Positions 26,153-40,489 of a stretch of DNA of 64,000 bases are shown piece by piece. Positions within the stretch are counted from its first letter, which is position 1. The number at the start of each line of letters is the position of its first letter. The stretch lies in the NCBI GenBank assembly GCA_013265495.1, contig MU058423.1:1501061-1565060 (forward strand), written 5' to 3'. Under the pieces are notes generated by a model, which ran no database searches, was not told the origin of the DNA, and saw only the letters and a list, made by a program, of their open reading frames with translations. The DNA is from Vicugna vicugna (Eukaryota). A program made the position numbers and the translations under genes.

Positions 26153-27051
26153 ATTATGTATGTTTGAAAATCTATATTGTTCAGATTGGAGGGATAGCAT
26201 TCTGTAAGAGTCTGTTAGGTTGATTTTATGAATCATGCTTCCTAAATCTTTACTGATTTTTCCTATGTTTGTTTTTGTCTATCACTGAAAGAAGTTTGCT
26301 AGAAATATTTCACTATAATTATTTATTTGTTTATTTCTCCCCATGGTTCTGTCAATTTTTGTCTTTAAGACTATATAATTAGGTACATACAAAATTTTAA
26401 ACTTATATATATTTTTTTAGGGAATTGAAGTGATTCTTCACCTATAATAATGCTGTTTTACTTAAAGTATCTTTTGACCAATTTAAAGACAGATTTTGTT
26501 GTTATTGTTAGTTTAATTTTGTTTTTACCAAGTTTAATGATGTTTTAAAAATTGCACCTTTAATCATTTTTCATTTAGTTTTTCTATTGAAATAGTTGGG
26601 CTTATCTTCGCAATTTTATTTGGGGCTTTCTGTTAGTCCTACTCATAGAAAGTTCTTTTCTTGATATTTTTAGATTGAGAAGTATTCTCTTTTAATCATT
26701 TCACTTTTTATCTCTACTAGTTTGGAATATTTACCAATATTTCTGTTCTTTCATTGGCAACTCACCAATGACAACATGCAAACTTAACTTACCAAAGTCT
26801 TTATTTAATGAAACTCCCTTTGTTGAGAATGGTTAAGTTCTACTCTTTTAGCAGTTTTCAATTACACAATATAGTGTTATCAACTATAGATACCATGTTA
26901 TACATTAGATCATCAGTCCTTATTGATCGTATAACTATAAGTTGGTACTCATTTATCAAACTCTCCCTAACTCCTCAACCTCCCAGCCCTTGGCAATGAC
27001 TTTACTACACTCTGTTTCAATGAGTTTGACATTTTTTAAGAAGTTTCCACA

Positions 27052-27197
27052 GGGAGGAGGGTATAGCTCAAGTAGTAGCTTAGCATGCATGAGGTCATGG
27101 GTCCAATCCCCAGTACCTCCTCTAAAAAAAATTAAACCTAATTACCTCCCCCACCCCTGTCAAAATAAAATAAATAATAAATAATAAATTTTTAAAA
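27052..27197 (+). mobile_element. Vic-1-type camelid tRNA-derived SINE
   Basis: gggaggagggtatagctcaagtagtag (A-box) ... gggtccaatccccagtacctcc (B-box), A-rich tail; TSD AAGTTTCCACA at 27041-27051 and 27198-27208. Confidence 0.85.
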
Positions 27198-27280
27198 AAG
27201 TTTCCACATATAAGTGATATCACACAGTACTTTTCTTTTTCTGTCTGTCTTATTACACTTAACATAATACTCTCCATCAC

Positions 27281-29360
27281 GCAAGAGAGAGAAATAAAAG
27301 GGCCCAAATTGGAAAAGAAGAGGTAAAAGTGTCACTATATGCTGATGGCATGATACTATATATAGAAAACCCTAAAAGGTCCACACAAAAACTACTAGAG
27401 CTGATCGAAGAATTCAGCAAGGTAGCAGGTTACAAGATCAACGTTCAAAAATCAATGGCATTTCTTTACACTAACGATGAATCAACAGAAAAAGAAAGTA
27501 AAGAAATAATCCCCTTTAAAATAGCACCCATAATAATAAAATATCTAGGAATAAATCTAACCAAGGAGGTGAAATAATTATACACAGAAAACTTTAAACC
27601 ATTGATGAAGGAAATTAAAGAAGACTTTAAAAAATGGAAGGATATCCCATGCTCCTGGATCGGAATAATCAATATTGTTAAAATGGTCACACTGCCCAAG
27701 GCAATCTACAGATTTAATGCAACCTCTATCAAATTACCCAGGATATAGTTCACAGAACTAGAATAAATCATAATAAAGTTTAAATGGAGCCACTAAACAC
27801 CTAGAATTGCCAAAGCATTACTGAAGAAAAAGAAAGGCTGGAGGAATAACTCTCCCAGACTTCAGACAATACTATAGAGCTACAGTCATCAAGACAGCAT
27901 GATATTGGTACAAAAACAGACATATAGACCAATGGAACAGAATAGAGAGCCCAGAAATGAACCCACAAACTTTTGGTCAACTAATCTTCGACAAAGTAGG
28001 CAAGAATATACAATAGAATAAAGACAGTCTCTTCAGCAAATGGTGTTGGGAAAATTGGACAGCAGCATGTAAATCAATGAAACTAGAACACTCTCTTACA
28101 CCATATACAGAAATAAACTCAAAATGGACCAAACACTTAAACATAAGACAAGATACAATAAACTTCCTTGAAGAAAATATAGGGAAAACATTATCTGACA
28201 TACATCTCAAAAATGTTCTCCTAGGGCAGTCTACCCAAGCATAGAAATAGAAGCAAGAATAAACAAATGGGACCTAATTAAACTTACAAGCTTCTGCACA
28301 GCAAAGGAAACCATAAGTAAAACAAAATAACAACCTAAGGAATGGGAGAAAATTTTTGCAGATGAAACTAACAAAGGCTTGATCTCCAGAATATATAAGC
28401 AGCTCATACGACTTAATAAGAAAAAAACAAACAACCCAATCCAAAAATGGGCAAAAGACCTAAACAAGCAATTCTCCAAGGAATAAATACAAATGATCAA
28501 TAGGCACATGAAAAAAATGCTCAAAATCACTAATTATCAGAGAAATGCAAATCAAGACTACAATGAGGTATCACCTCACATCAGTCAGAATGACCATCAT
28601 TCAAAAGCCCACAAATGACAAATGCTGGAGAGGCTGTGGAGAAAAGGGAACCCTCCTACACTGCTGGTGAGATTGCAGTTTGGTGCAGCCACTGTGGAAA
28701 ACAGTATGGAGATTCCTCAAAAGACTAGGAATAGAGTTACCATATGACCCAGGAATCCCGCTCCTGTGCATATATCCAGAAGGAACCCTACTCCAAAATG
28801 ACACCTGCACCCCAATGTTCATAGCAGCACTATTTACAATAGCCAAGACATGGAAACAGCCTAAATGTCTATCAACAGATGACTGGATAAAGAATAAGTG
28901 GTATATTTATACAATGGAGTACTATTCAGCCATAAAAACTGACAACATAATGCCATTTCCAGCAACATGGATGTTCCTGGAAAATGTCATACAAAGTGAA
29001 GTAAGCCAGAAAGAGAAAGAAAAATATCATATGAGATCACTCATATGTGGAATCTAAAAAAAAAACATAAATACAAAACAGAAACAGACTCATAGACAAT
29101 AGAATACAAACTTGTGGTTGCCAAGGTGGCAGAGGGTGGGAAGGGAGAGACTGGGATTTCAAAATGTAGAATAGATAAACAAGATTATACTGTATAGCAC
29201 AGGGAAATATATACAAGATCTTATGGTAGCTCACAGTGAAAAAAAATGTGACAATGAATATATGTATGTTCATGCATAATTGAAAAATTGTGATGAACAC
29301 TGGAATTTGACACAACATTGTAAAATGACTATAACTCAAGAAAAAAATGTTTAAAAAAAT
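27281..29360 (+). mobile_element. 5'-truncated young L1 (RT YADD region to 3' tail)
   Basis: [15 protein letters not shown]...; [16 protein letters not shown]...; 3' UTR and A-rich tail; no TSD found. Confidence 0.93.
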
Positions 29361-32300
29361 TGCCGAGACCAATGTCAAGGAGCTTATAGTCTCCATTTTC
29401 ATCTAAGAGTTCTATGGTTTCAGATCTTATGTTCAAGCCTTTAATACATTTTGAGTTGATTTTTGTATATGGGGTAAGACAGGGGTCAGGTTCCTTTCTT
29501 TTGCATATAGCTGATCACATACAGTTTTCTCAACACCATTTATTGAAGAGACTGTTGTTTCTCCATTGTATATTTGTGGCTCCTTTGTCCTAAATTAATT
29601 GACCATATATACATACATTTATTTCTGGACTCTATTCTGGTCCAGTGATCTATATGTATGTTTTTATGCCAATACCTTTTTTTTATTATTATACTTCATA
29701 AAATAATCTGAAATCAGGAAATATGGTGCCTCCAGCTTTGTTCTTCCTCAAGATTGCTTTGGCTATTTGTGGTCTTCTGTGGTTCCATATAAATTTTAGG
29801 ATTGTATTTATTATTTCTGAGAAAAATATCATTGGAATTTGTAGGGACTACATTGAATCCATAGATTGCTTTAGGAAGTATGAACTTTAAACAGTATTAA
29901 TTCTTCCAGTTCATAAATCAGAACATCTTTCCAGTCTTTGGATTTTCTTCAGTTTCTTTTAGTTTTCAGTGAATAGAACTTGCAACTTCTAGGCTAAATT
30001 TATTCCTAAGTATTTTATTCCCTTTGATGGTATGGTAAATGAGATTCTCTTCTTAATTTCTCTTTCTGATAGTTCATTGTTGGTGTATAGAAACATTATT
30101 TTTGTATACCAGTTTTGTATCCTGCAACTTTACTGAATTCATTTATTAGTTCTAACAGTGTTTTTGGTGGGGTTTTCAGTTTTCTATGCATAATATTATG
30201 TTAAATGCAATAGAAATAATTTTACATCTTTCTTTCTTTTTTGGATGCCTTTTATTTCTTTTTCTTGCCTAATTGCTCTGGCTGTGAATTTTAGTACTAC
30301 ATTGAATAAAATTGAAAATAGTGAATATCTTTGTCTTGTTCCTTGTCTTAGAGAAAAAGAACTCAATATTTCACTATTGAGCATGATGTTAGCTGTGGGC
30401 TTATAATATATAGATTTTATTATGTGAGATACATTCCCCCTATAGTCAATTTGCCAAGAATTTTTATCATGAAATGATGAATTTTGTCCTTTTTTCTGCA
30501 TCTATGAAGATGATCATATAATTTTTATTTTTCAGTTTGTTAATGTATCACACTGATTTACTTGTGGATGTTAAATCATTTTTATATCTCTGGAATAAAT
30601 CCCACTTGGTCATGGTGTGTTATCTTTTTCAAATTGTTAATATTTTATTGAAGATTTTTGCATCTATATTTGTCAGGGATTTTGGACTGTAACTGTCTTT
30701 TCTTGTAGTGTTCTTGCTTGGCTTAGGTATCAGGGTATTGTTGGCCTTACAAAAAAGATTTAGAAATGTTCCTTCCTCTTTAATTTCTTGAAAGAGTTCT
30801 AGAAGGATTAGTATTAGTTCTTCTTCAGATGTTTGGTAGAGTTTTTCAGTGAACACTTCTGGTTCTGAGCTTTTCTTTTTTGGGAGGTTTTTGATTACTG
30901 ACTCAACCTTTTTACTAGTAATTGGATTGTTCAGATTTTTTATTTCTTCAATATTCAATCTTGGAAGAATTTATGTTTCTGGGAATTTATCCATTTCTTC
31001 TAGATTTTCAATTAGTTGGCATATGCTTGTTCATAGTAGTCTCTGTATTTCTGTGGTATTAGTTGTAATGACTCCTTTTTCATTTTTAATTTTATTTATT
31101 TGAATTCTTTCTCTTTTTTTCTTGGTAACTATAACTAAAAGTTTGTCTTTTTCTTTAAAAACAAAAGCTCTTGGTTTCATTGACTTTTAAATTTTTTTTT
31201 AATCTTTATTTCATTTATTTTTATTTTCATCTTTATTACTTTCTTCCTTCTACTATCTTGGGGCTTAGTTTCTTCTTCTTATTCTAGTTTCTTGAGGTTT
31301 ACAGTTAGTTTATATCTTTTTTCCTTAATGTAAGCATTTATTGCTGTAAATTTTCCTCTTAGAATTGCTTTTGCTTCATCCCATGAATTTTAGTATGTTG
31401 TGTTTCCATTTTCATTTGTCTCAAGGTATTTTTTAATTTTTCCTTCCATTTCTTCTTTGACCCTTTGGTTGTTCAGGAGCATGTTGTTTATTCTCCATGT
31501 AGTTGTGAATTTTCTAGTTTTCTCCTTGTATTTAATTTCTAGTTTCATACAGTTGTGGCAGGAAAAGATGCTGGATATTATATCAGTATTCTTAAATATA
31601 TTAGGACTTTTGTGACCTAATTTATGATCTGTTTTGGAGAATGTTTCATGTGAGCTTGAGAAAAATGTGTATTCTACTACTGTTGGATGGAATGTTCTGT
31701 AAATATTTGTTATGTTCATCTGATCTAATATGTAAAATCCAATGTTTCCTTATTAATTTTCTGTCAGGATGATCTATACATTATTGAATGCGCATTATTT
31801 AAGTTCTCTACTATTATTTTATTGCTGTCTGTTTCTCCCTTTAGATCTGTTAATATTTTCTTTATATATTTAGGTGCTTCTACATTTTGGTTCAGAACTA
31901 TTTACTAATAGTATATGCCCTTTGATGAATTGACCTCCTTTTCATTATATAATAACCTTCTTTGTCTCTTGTTATAGTCATTGGCTTAAATCCTGTTTTG
32001 TCTGATATAAGTATAGCTACCCCTGATTTCTTTCAATTTTCATTTGCATGGACAATCTTTTGTCTATCCCTTCACTTTTAGTCACATGTGCCCTTAAATC
32101 TGAGATATATCTCCAGTACATAGCATATAGGTGGGTTTTGGGGTTTTTTTTTTCAATCTAGTTTTTCTGTGTGTTTTAAGTGGAAAATTTAGTCCTTTTA
32201 CATTTAAAGTAATTATTGATAGGTGTGGACTTACCATTGCCACTTTTTGTAGTGGTATTCTTTGATTTCTTTCCTTTATCTTCTTTGTATCTACTACAAT

Positions 32301-32984
32301 TTTTCACCTTGTTGTTAGCTTGATTTTTATTTAAAATATATTATATTTATAACCATCTCTTTTAAGTTGATAATAACTTAAAATCTTTGGATGCATACAA
32401 ACCTAACATTTTTACACTCCGTCTCCCCACATATTGTTTTGATGTCACAATTTACATCTTTTTACATTGTTTATCCACTCACAAACTGCTGTTGTTCAAG
32501 CTATTTTTAATACTTTAGTTTTATACTTTTATATATTTTTCTGTTATTAGAGTCCTTTTGTTTCAGCCTGAAGACTTTCTTTAACATTTCTTATTAGGTT
32601 AGTCTAGTGGTAATTAACTCCATAAGCTTTTGTTTGTCTGGAAAACACTTTACATTTCCTTCAGTTTTAAAGGCCTACTGTGCCAGGTAGTGTAATATTG
32701 GTTGGCATTTTTTTGTTCAGCACTTTGAATTCATCTTCTGGCCTGAAAAATTTCTCCTGAAATATCTGCTGAAAGTTTTACATAACAAGTTGCTTTTTTC
32801 TTGCTGCTTTTAAGACTCCTTGTGTTTTTGACAATTTAGTTATATGTCTTGGTATGGGTCTTTGGGTTTATCTTATTTGGGCTTCTATCTGGCCTTCCTG
32901 AACCTGGATGTCTGTATCTTTCCCCAGGTTAGGGACATTTTCAGGCATTCTTTTCTTTTTTTGCCATTATTTCTTTGTTTTAAA

Positions 32985-33900
32985 TATTTTTAAAAATTTT
33001 ATTTACGTGTAGTTGATTTACAATGTTTTATAGTTTCTGTTCTACAGCATAGTGATTCATATATATATATATATATGTATATATTCTTTTTCATATTTCT
33101 TTTCATTATAGGTTACTATAAGCCTTTTAATGTAGTTCCCTGTGCTATAGAATAGGACCTTATTGTTTATCTGTTCTGTACATAGTAGTTTGTATCTGCC
33201 AGTCTCAAACTCCCAATTTATACCTTCTTCCCCTCTTTCTCCCTGGTAACCATAAGTTTATTTTCTGTCTGTGTGTCTCTTTGTTTTATAAATAAGTTCA
33301 TTTGTGTCATTTTAAGATTCAACATATAAGTGATATTATATGATATTTGTCTTTCTCTGTCTGACTTCACTCAGTATGATCATCTCTGAGTCTCTCAGTA
33401 TTGCTGCAAATGGCATTATTTCATTCCTTTTTATGGCTGAATAATATTATACACACACACACACATATAATATATGATATATATCCCATTTTCTTCATCC
33501 ATTCATCTACTGATGGACATTTAGGTTATTTCCATATCTTGGCTATTGTAAATAGTGTTGCAATGAACATTGGGGGGTGCATGTATTTTTTTGAATTAGA
33601 GTTCCCTCCAGATATATGCCCAGGAGTGGGATCGCTGGATCATATGGTAACTCTATTTTTAGTTTTTAAAGGAACTTACATACTGTTTTCCACAGTGGCT
33701 GCAGCAATTTACATTCCCACCAATACTGTAGGAGGGTTCCGTTTTCTCCACACCCTGTCCAACATTTATTATTTGTAAACTTTGACGATGTCCATTCTGA
33801 TTGATGTAAGGTGATACTTCATTGTGGTTTTGATTTGCATTTCTCAAATAATTAGTGATGTTGTGCATCCTTTCATGTGCCTTCTGTCTATATATCTTCT
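32985..33900 (-). mobile_element. 5'-truncated L1 3' end
   Basis: Reverse L1 3' UTR and ORF2 C-terminus, with internal (AT)n and (AC)n runs. Confidence 0.85.
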
Positions 33901-34086
33901 TATTTGTGAATTGTACCTTTCATTGCTTCTGGAATATTCTTAGACATTATAACTTTAAGTATGGTGTCTACCATGCTTTGTATCTTCTCTCTCTGTAACT
34001 CTAGTCATACTTATGTTAGATTATCTAACTCAATCCTCATCATATTTTGACTTCACTTTCATATTTTTCACTCTTTCTATGTGCTA

Positions 34087-34580
34087 CTATATTCGTTTAC
34101 TAGAACTGTTGGAACAAATTATCATGAATTTGGTGACTTCAAACTACATAAACTTATTCTCTCATGGTTTTGAAAGCTAGAAGTCCAAAAAATCAAGGTC
34201 TCTTCAGGGTTTGTTCCTTCTGGATGCTCTGAGGAAGATTCTGTTCCATATCACTCTCCTATCTTCTGGTGTTTGTTGACAGTTCTTGGTGTTCTTTGGC
34301 TTATAGACACATCACTCACATCCTTGCCTCTGACTTCACATGGTCTTCCCCATGGGTCTTCTCTTCTGTATCTGTGTTTCAAATCTTCCACTCTTTTCTA
34401 AGGACACCAGACATTGGATTTAGGGTCCACCCTAATTCTAGGATGATCTCATCTCAAGATCACTAACTTAATCACATCCACAAAAACCCTGTTTCTAAAT
34501 AAGGTCATATTCATAGGCACCAAGGGTTAGGATTTGGATATCTTTCTTAGGTGTGGGGGACATGATTCAACACACTGCAG
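34087..34580 (-). mobile_element. MLT1-type MaLR LTR
   Basis: aacaaattatcatgaatttggtgacttcaaactacataaacttattctctcatggtttt...aaataaggtcatattcatagg. Confidence 0.7.
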
Positions 34581-36904
34581 CTACATTCTGATTAATTTAC
34601 TTATATAAATCTTCCTATTTATTAATCTATCTTTAGTTATATCAAATCTACTATTAAATATATTCATTTATGGTTTTAAATTTTCAATTATTAAATTTTT
34701 ATTCTTCAAAATACTTTGTCTTTTTTAAATTTCTTCTCTGCACATGTTTTAAAACTGTTCTTAATTTTTGTACATATATAGAAACATGGCTATTTATATT
34801 TTGTGTCAAGTAACCACAGTATCTAAAGTTTTGTGGACCCCTTCCTATTTTGCTGTTTCTCTTGGTTCAGAGTGCCTTCCTTGTTTTCTCATGTGTTTGG
34901 TGAATTTTGATTGTGAGTAGTTCAATTTCATTGAAAATTTGCTTTTTGAGTTTCATGGAGACTTGGTATTAATGTGAGTTCCTTCAGAAAGTGTGTGTAT
35001 TGCTTCTGCCAGAGCCCAAGATAACTTACTTGGAACTACTTTAAATTTTTAGTTTGAGATTTTGAGAATGATTCAGACTATAAATTTGTACTTTAAGTCA
35101 ACATGGTAGCTGGGTTATAAATTCAATTTCTTAAGGATATTGCCTTCCTCTGCCAAATTGCCAAGTTTCAGACAAATTTTCATGTAATCTTTGCTGAAAG
35201 TGGGTGGTATTTCTAGTTCCCTCTTACATTAAGGTAAAGCCCTTTGGAGTCTTTGATTTAAAAGAAGAAAAATCTCTGCTTAGGCTCTCCACCTTAAGCA
35301 TATTTTGAAATTTGCCTCCTGTACTTCAGGTGCCACAAGACCATGAAAGCTGATACTCAAGTTCACCTAGTTTGGCAAATTTGAGGACTCAAATTCCTCT
35401 TACCTCTCTGGTTCACACCATCACTATGTCTCTGGCTTGAGAATTTCTTACTTTGCAGCTCAACAGTTCTCATAATAAAACATTTTAAAGGTTTTATCTG
35501 GCATTTTAGTTATTTAAAAAGGGGAGTTTAGCCTAGTAACATTGTCTGTTGTCTTATCAGAAACAGAAATCTTATTTTTCTTTTTGAATCAATATGGATA
35601 ATTTCTGTTATTTTAGAAAATTACCTATAGCATCTACATTAAAAAATGATTAGTCTAATTTTTTAATCATATTCTCTCATGGACTTCAGAATCTTAACTG
35701 TATCTGTGGTTATGGCCCAATTTTTATTTATAATTAATTTTAATTTATGGTTAGTTTATTTATAGGTGATCTTTTCTCTCTTTTTTTCTAACTTGATCAG
35801 GCCAATGATTAATAAAGACAAATAGGTGATTAAAAGAAAATGTGATAATATCTATGAAACTTCTGTGAGTGGGTTACAGAGGTAAACACAAGAGACATTT
35901 TGTGAAGAATTAAATGAGAAGATGCATGTAAAGCTCTTAGCACATTGTCTCATACTTGGAAAACCCTCAATAGCTGTTAAACTTTGTAGTATTAGGAAAC
36001 CTTACTTAGAGAAAGGAGAGAGTAAGAATTGCCCAGACAAAGGGGAACAGTGGAAGAGTGGGAAAAAATTGATTAGTATTGATAAAGCCTAGAGTAACTA
36101 AATAAACTTTAATATAACTAAAGCATAGAGTAGAAGAGTGATAATTGCAGGAGATGAGACTAAAGAGCTAAGAGTAGAGCATATCATGTAGGGTTTGGTA
36201 GACATAATAAGGAATCTGGACTTTATCCTGAGAGAACATAATTATTGAAGGGTTTCAAGCAGGAAAGTATCCTGATTATATTTATCCTTTAGAAATATTA
36301 TTTTGGCTACTGTATGGAGAATAGCTTAGATAGGGCTAATAGTGGGTACTAGGAGAACAGATAGTGGATAACTGAAGGAATACAGTAAGAAATGAAATGA
36401 GGAAATGGAAGAATTTGATATTTTGTAGATGAATCCTTAGAACTTCATGACTGACTGGATGTTGAGAGTGAAGGACAGGCTAGGGTTAGGACAAAACTCA
36501 GATTTATGGCTAGGGCAATCAGAGGATTGTCTTATTCATTGATATGGGGAGCAAAGAAGAAGAGCAGGCTTGGAAGATACAATGGTAAGTTTTATTTTGT
36601 ACATGTTGAGTGTGAGATACTTTTGATACTTACAATACTCATGAGAATGTCTCCTTTGCTTCTTTGCCTCAGGAAAGTGTAAAAGATATAGGTTTCTCTA
36701 TAAATAGCTATGAATTTGATCAATTTTCCTTAAAGGGAGGTTGGAGAGCCTACACAAAACTTTGAGAGTAGAAACCAATTCTTCCATTCCTTTCTTTGAC
36801 TTCTCTATGTTTGACTTTGTGTTAAATATGGTCTGATCTTTGGCTTTAAAGAATATGTTTATCATATAGACAATTCAATTTAGCTTCTCCTGACCCAGCA
36901 AACA

Positions 36905-37425
36905 TGGTATAGTTGGATACCTCTAAGATAGCCCCCAGTGATCTCCACTCCATAGTATCCACACCCTTGTGAAATCTCCTCCCCTTGAATGTGGGCTCAA
37001 TTTTCAACTTACTTCTAAGGAATAGAGTGTGGCACAACTGATGTGATGGCTCCCCTGAGTTAGAATATTAAAGGACTATGGCTTTTATGTTTGGGTTCTG
37101 TATTTCATGCTGTCTCTTAAATGTCTTGCTATGGGGGAAGCCAGCTGCCATCTCATAAGTCAGCGCTGTGGAAACATGCAATGTGGCAAAGAACTGATGC
37201 CTACTAAGAGCCATAAGAGAGCTTGAGATTGTATTCTCTGCTAGTTGAGACTTGAGATGACTGCAGCTGACTTTTTGTTTGTCAAGTGAGAGATCATGAA
37301 CCAGAATCACCCAGCTAAGCTGCTCCCAGATTCATGACTCACAAAAACTGTAAGATAATAAATGTTTGTTGTTTACAGCTACAAATTTTGGAGTAATTTG
37401 TTATGCAGCAATAGATAAATAACAT
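36905..37425 (+). mobile_element. MLT1F-like MaLR LTR
   Basis: tggatacctctaagatagcccccagtgatctcc...aactgtaagataataaatgtttgttg...aatttgttatgcagcaatagataaataaca. Confidence 0.75.
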
Positions 37426-37516
37426 CCCTAACTTGCTGGTAAGGCAATCAGGCTGTCATGAAGATTGTATTTGAGATATAAGAATGAGCATGTAATGATT
37501 GAGAGATCAAAGCTAT

Positions 37517-37526
37517 TTTATTTATT
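37517..37526 (-). terminator. CD53: CD53 polyadenylation signal(s): overlapping AATAAATAAA
   Basis: TTTATT at 37517-37522 and 37521-37526, about 760 nt downstream of the CD53 stop codon. Confidence 0.75.
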
Positions 37527-38280
37527 GAAGTATTAAAATAGTACCTGAACAGAATCTTATCTGACAGAGAAATAACACCAGAACTCTACTGAGTGTGATT
37601 ATCACCTAAGCCACCAGAGATACTGATCCTGCTGAGTTTCTTCACAGTTATGTAAATCAAAGGCTGAGAGACTGGCTGAAATCAGGATGTAAATCATTGG
37701 ATAGTTTCTTTTGGAAAGCCTTACAATGAATCAAAAGGAATTTTTAATAAGAAATTGAAATGAAACCTCACCTTTGGAGAAAGAGTACTCTGTCATTCCT
37801 GTAGCCAAGGCACCCAGTCAAAGAAAACAAAGGATTATGACAACGATCCTGTGAATTGAGTCCTGGGGCTCCCTTAACCTTGTTTCTTACTTGACTCTGG
37901 AGAGTGGACTGGACATGATTTAGAGGCTAAAGACTGGTTCAACAATGGGAAGATGCAAAAATTCAAGTTGCAGACCCATCCTTTGATCTTGAGCCATTAG
38001 TACCACAGATCCTCTTGGCCTTTCATGTCTGACAAATTCTCAGGTATTGGTGACATGACTGTTGCTATGAGTGGGTAAAGGACTGTCTTGCTGTCTGAAA
38101 TGGGAAGTGCCTGGCCAACACCCTCTTCTCTGGTTGTATGAGACAGGGACCCAAACAGGGAAGAGATGGGAGGAGGACAAAGACACCAGTTCAGAAGGTG
38201 ATCATTTAGGGCTTCATGCTACAAGTGATTTTGGATTTCCAAAGATGAAACAAGTCTCTCCAGTACAAGGCAGCTGCAGG

Positions 38281-38352
38281 TCACAGTCCTAGGACCTGGC
38301 TGGTTTTGTCAATCTGGCAGTTCAGAGTCAGCGCAAAGGACATCCCCAACAC
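38281..38352 (-). CDS. CD53: CD53 last coding exon
   Basis: VLGMSFALTLNCQIDKTSQVLGL then TGA (38281-38283); acceptor AG at 38353-38354 (- strand); 72 nt. Confidence 0.96.
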   Translation of the reverse strand: MLGMSFALTLNCQIDKTSQVLGL

Positions 38353-39221
38353 CTGAGAAAAGAGTTGGGAAAATGTGAGGTCTTTACATGTGGAACTATC
38401 TCACCCATGAACCCTGGGATCAGCCCCAGAGAAAAAGAAAGTGTCCGTCACACTGAGACTACTCTTGCTATCATTTTCAATTCCTTCTCAGGGTTTTGTC
38501 CTTTAACTTTAGAATGGCAATGGGGAGACAAGTGAGGGTGATGATGGCAAGGCAGTAGGGTATGAAGCGTTGGGACATCTTTTGTGTCCTTAAGAAATCA
38601 TAGAAGTCCTGCTGCTAGTATAATCAAGTTCTGCACAAGTCAACACTTTGTGCAATGAGTCACCTCTACTCATGTCTTAGGCCTCCATGGTTTCCAAGAA
38701 GAGAAAAATTGTTTCTCTCTCAGCTTCTTGATTAAGTCTTAGCTAATCTGTGATATGCTCAAGACATTTGGTATAAAAATGGTAGAAATCTCACATAATA
38801 AAAAAGAACACAAAACTACCCCCAGCTACCCCTGATTTGTCAAACTAAGCAGAGAAACAATGTGGAAGTTGATCACAATTTCCATCAGCAACTTCTGCTT
38901 AGCATATAAGGCCAATTTTTTCCAGTGGAATATTTTATTCACCACACGCTTTTCCAGACCAGCTGAGTGAGGGACCACAGTAAGGTTCTGCCTGGTGACA
39001 TTTAACTTGATTATGAGACACTCTTATCTCTTAGGGATAAGTTGACCAGATAGATCCTACAGCATTATTTTTGTATGTGTTAAATTGGTAATAATGTCAT
39101 TTGCTACTTGACTGGGGGAGCTCATATTTATTGAGCACATACCATGTATCTGGTACTGTTCTAAAGATTATATGACTTAACTCATTTAATCCTTAAAGTA
39201 GTCCTGTGATTAAGCTCTTAC

Positions 39222-39305
39222 CTGGATCACACATACACAGATAGTGATGATTCCAATATACAGGAAATTGGAGTGAAACCACAGTTTTGCTTTTACATAG
39301 CAACC
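39222..39305 (-). CDS. CD53: CD53 coding exon 6 (end of EC2, TM4)
   Basis: GCYVKAKLWFHSNFLYIGIITICVCVIQ; AG/GT boundaries; 84 nt. Confidence 0.96.
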
Positions 39306-40408
39306 CTGGAAAAAATTACAAGTACAAATGATACTACTATATTATTCAACTTTATATTAGTAGGTTTATTTGGAAAGAGAGTTTCTATTTTGCCTTATGC
39401 CAAGAGACTTAGGCCCAGTATTACATTTTCATTTTCTTTAAATGGATGAAAAAACAGGAATAAAGTAAAGAATATTAAACTACAGACTTTTCTTGTATCA
39501 TTATCATTATAGTTATAATTGCACCTAAATTAGAAGTCTTAGGTGTTTACTCACTGAGTTAAAATGGCTTCCAAGAGGCAGGTCAGCAACATATGTTCTG
39601 GTGGTCTTTGAACATTCACTGCTGACTTGGGGTTGACAAAGGGGACTATAGGCTATGCAATCCTAGGACTGGTTGATTTCAGCTTCTATTTCAAAAGCCA
39701 TTAAACCTACCACAGCCCTACCAAGCTCCAGGCAGGTGGCTGATTGGTGGGTGTCCCAGTCTTTCTTCACAGTCTTCAAGACTGGGAAAATTGCAGAAAT
39801 GTCCAAACCATCCCAAGTGGGTAACATGGGATAACAGGACCTTAGGGACTTGTTCTAGTTAGAAGATGATATTGGATTCTTCTGTGGGTCTCATCTGAAG
39901 GTTCAAATTAAGTCAACAGTTCCATCAACACTCTCTCTCCCAACTCCTTACACCTTTGCTTATGATTCATTCTGCTAAGGAGTTGGATGCTGCCATCTCC
40001 AAGGAAGGAGAGCAGGGGAACAGGTAGAAGGAGATTTTCTGCCTCAACCTTACAAATTTTATTTTCAACCATAGGAAGATCTCAATTCTCATTCTTGCTC
40101 AAGACAAATCTAGACATAGTCTTCTGCCACTATCACATAAACGTTTCTTTGCTAATGTAATAATTTAGAGTAAATAGATAGATTCTTAATGGCATTTCTA
40201 GTCTAAATGAGCTTGTTCCTTTTTTTATTCTTTTTTTCTGATTTGTCTAGTTACCTGGGTTATTTTTCTGGTCTCCATTTTGTTAAAGGTTTCCTCTTTC
40301 TGGCTGGGAGGAGTAGGTCCTGTATGACTAGAGTTTCTAAGGTAATTAAAAGTTTAACCAAAGGGGTCAATAGCAGAAAAGTCTCCCCCAGCCCCACACA
40401 TAAATTAC

Positions 40409-40489
40409 CTTAACTTGCAGATCTGAGGGGCAAGATGCTGGTGGGCTGCCTATCCAGTCACTCGTGCCATTTACACCACAACACTTCAG
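40409..40489 (-). CDS. CD53: CD53 coding exon 5 (EC2, tetraspanin CCG motif)
   Basis: LKCCGVNGTSDWIGSPPASCPSDLQVK; AG/GT boundaries; 81 nt. Confidence 0.96.

Larger units (their letters stand above)
26820..32960 (-). mobile_element. Long old L1 (L1MA9-like) with ORF1/ORF2 remnants, hosting a SINE and a younger L1
   Basis: Reverse L1MA-type 3' end at 26820-27270; ORF2 remnants on the - strand (ORFs 30196-30501, 30629-30958, 31390-31719). Confidence 0.85.

Noticed and set aside
27052..27130. tRNA gene
   Set aside because: The tRNA-like head has an A-rich tail and TSD and lacks a full cloverleaf; it is a SINE.
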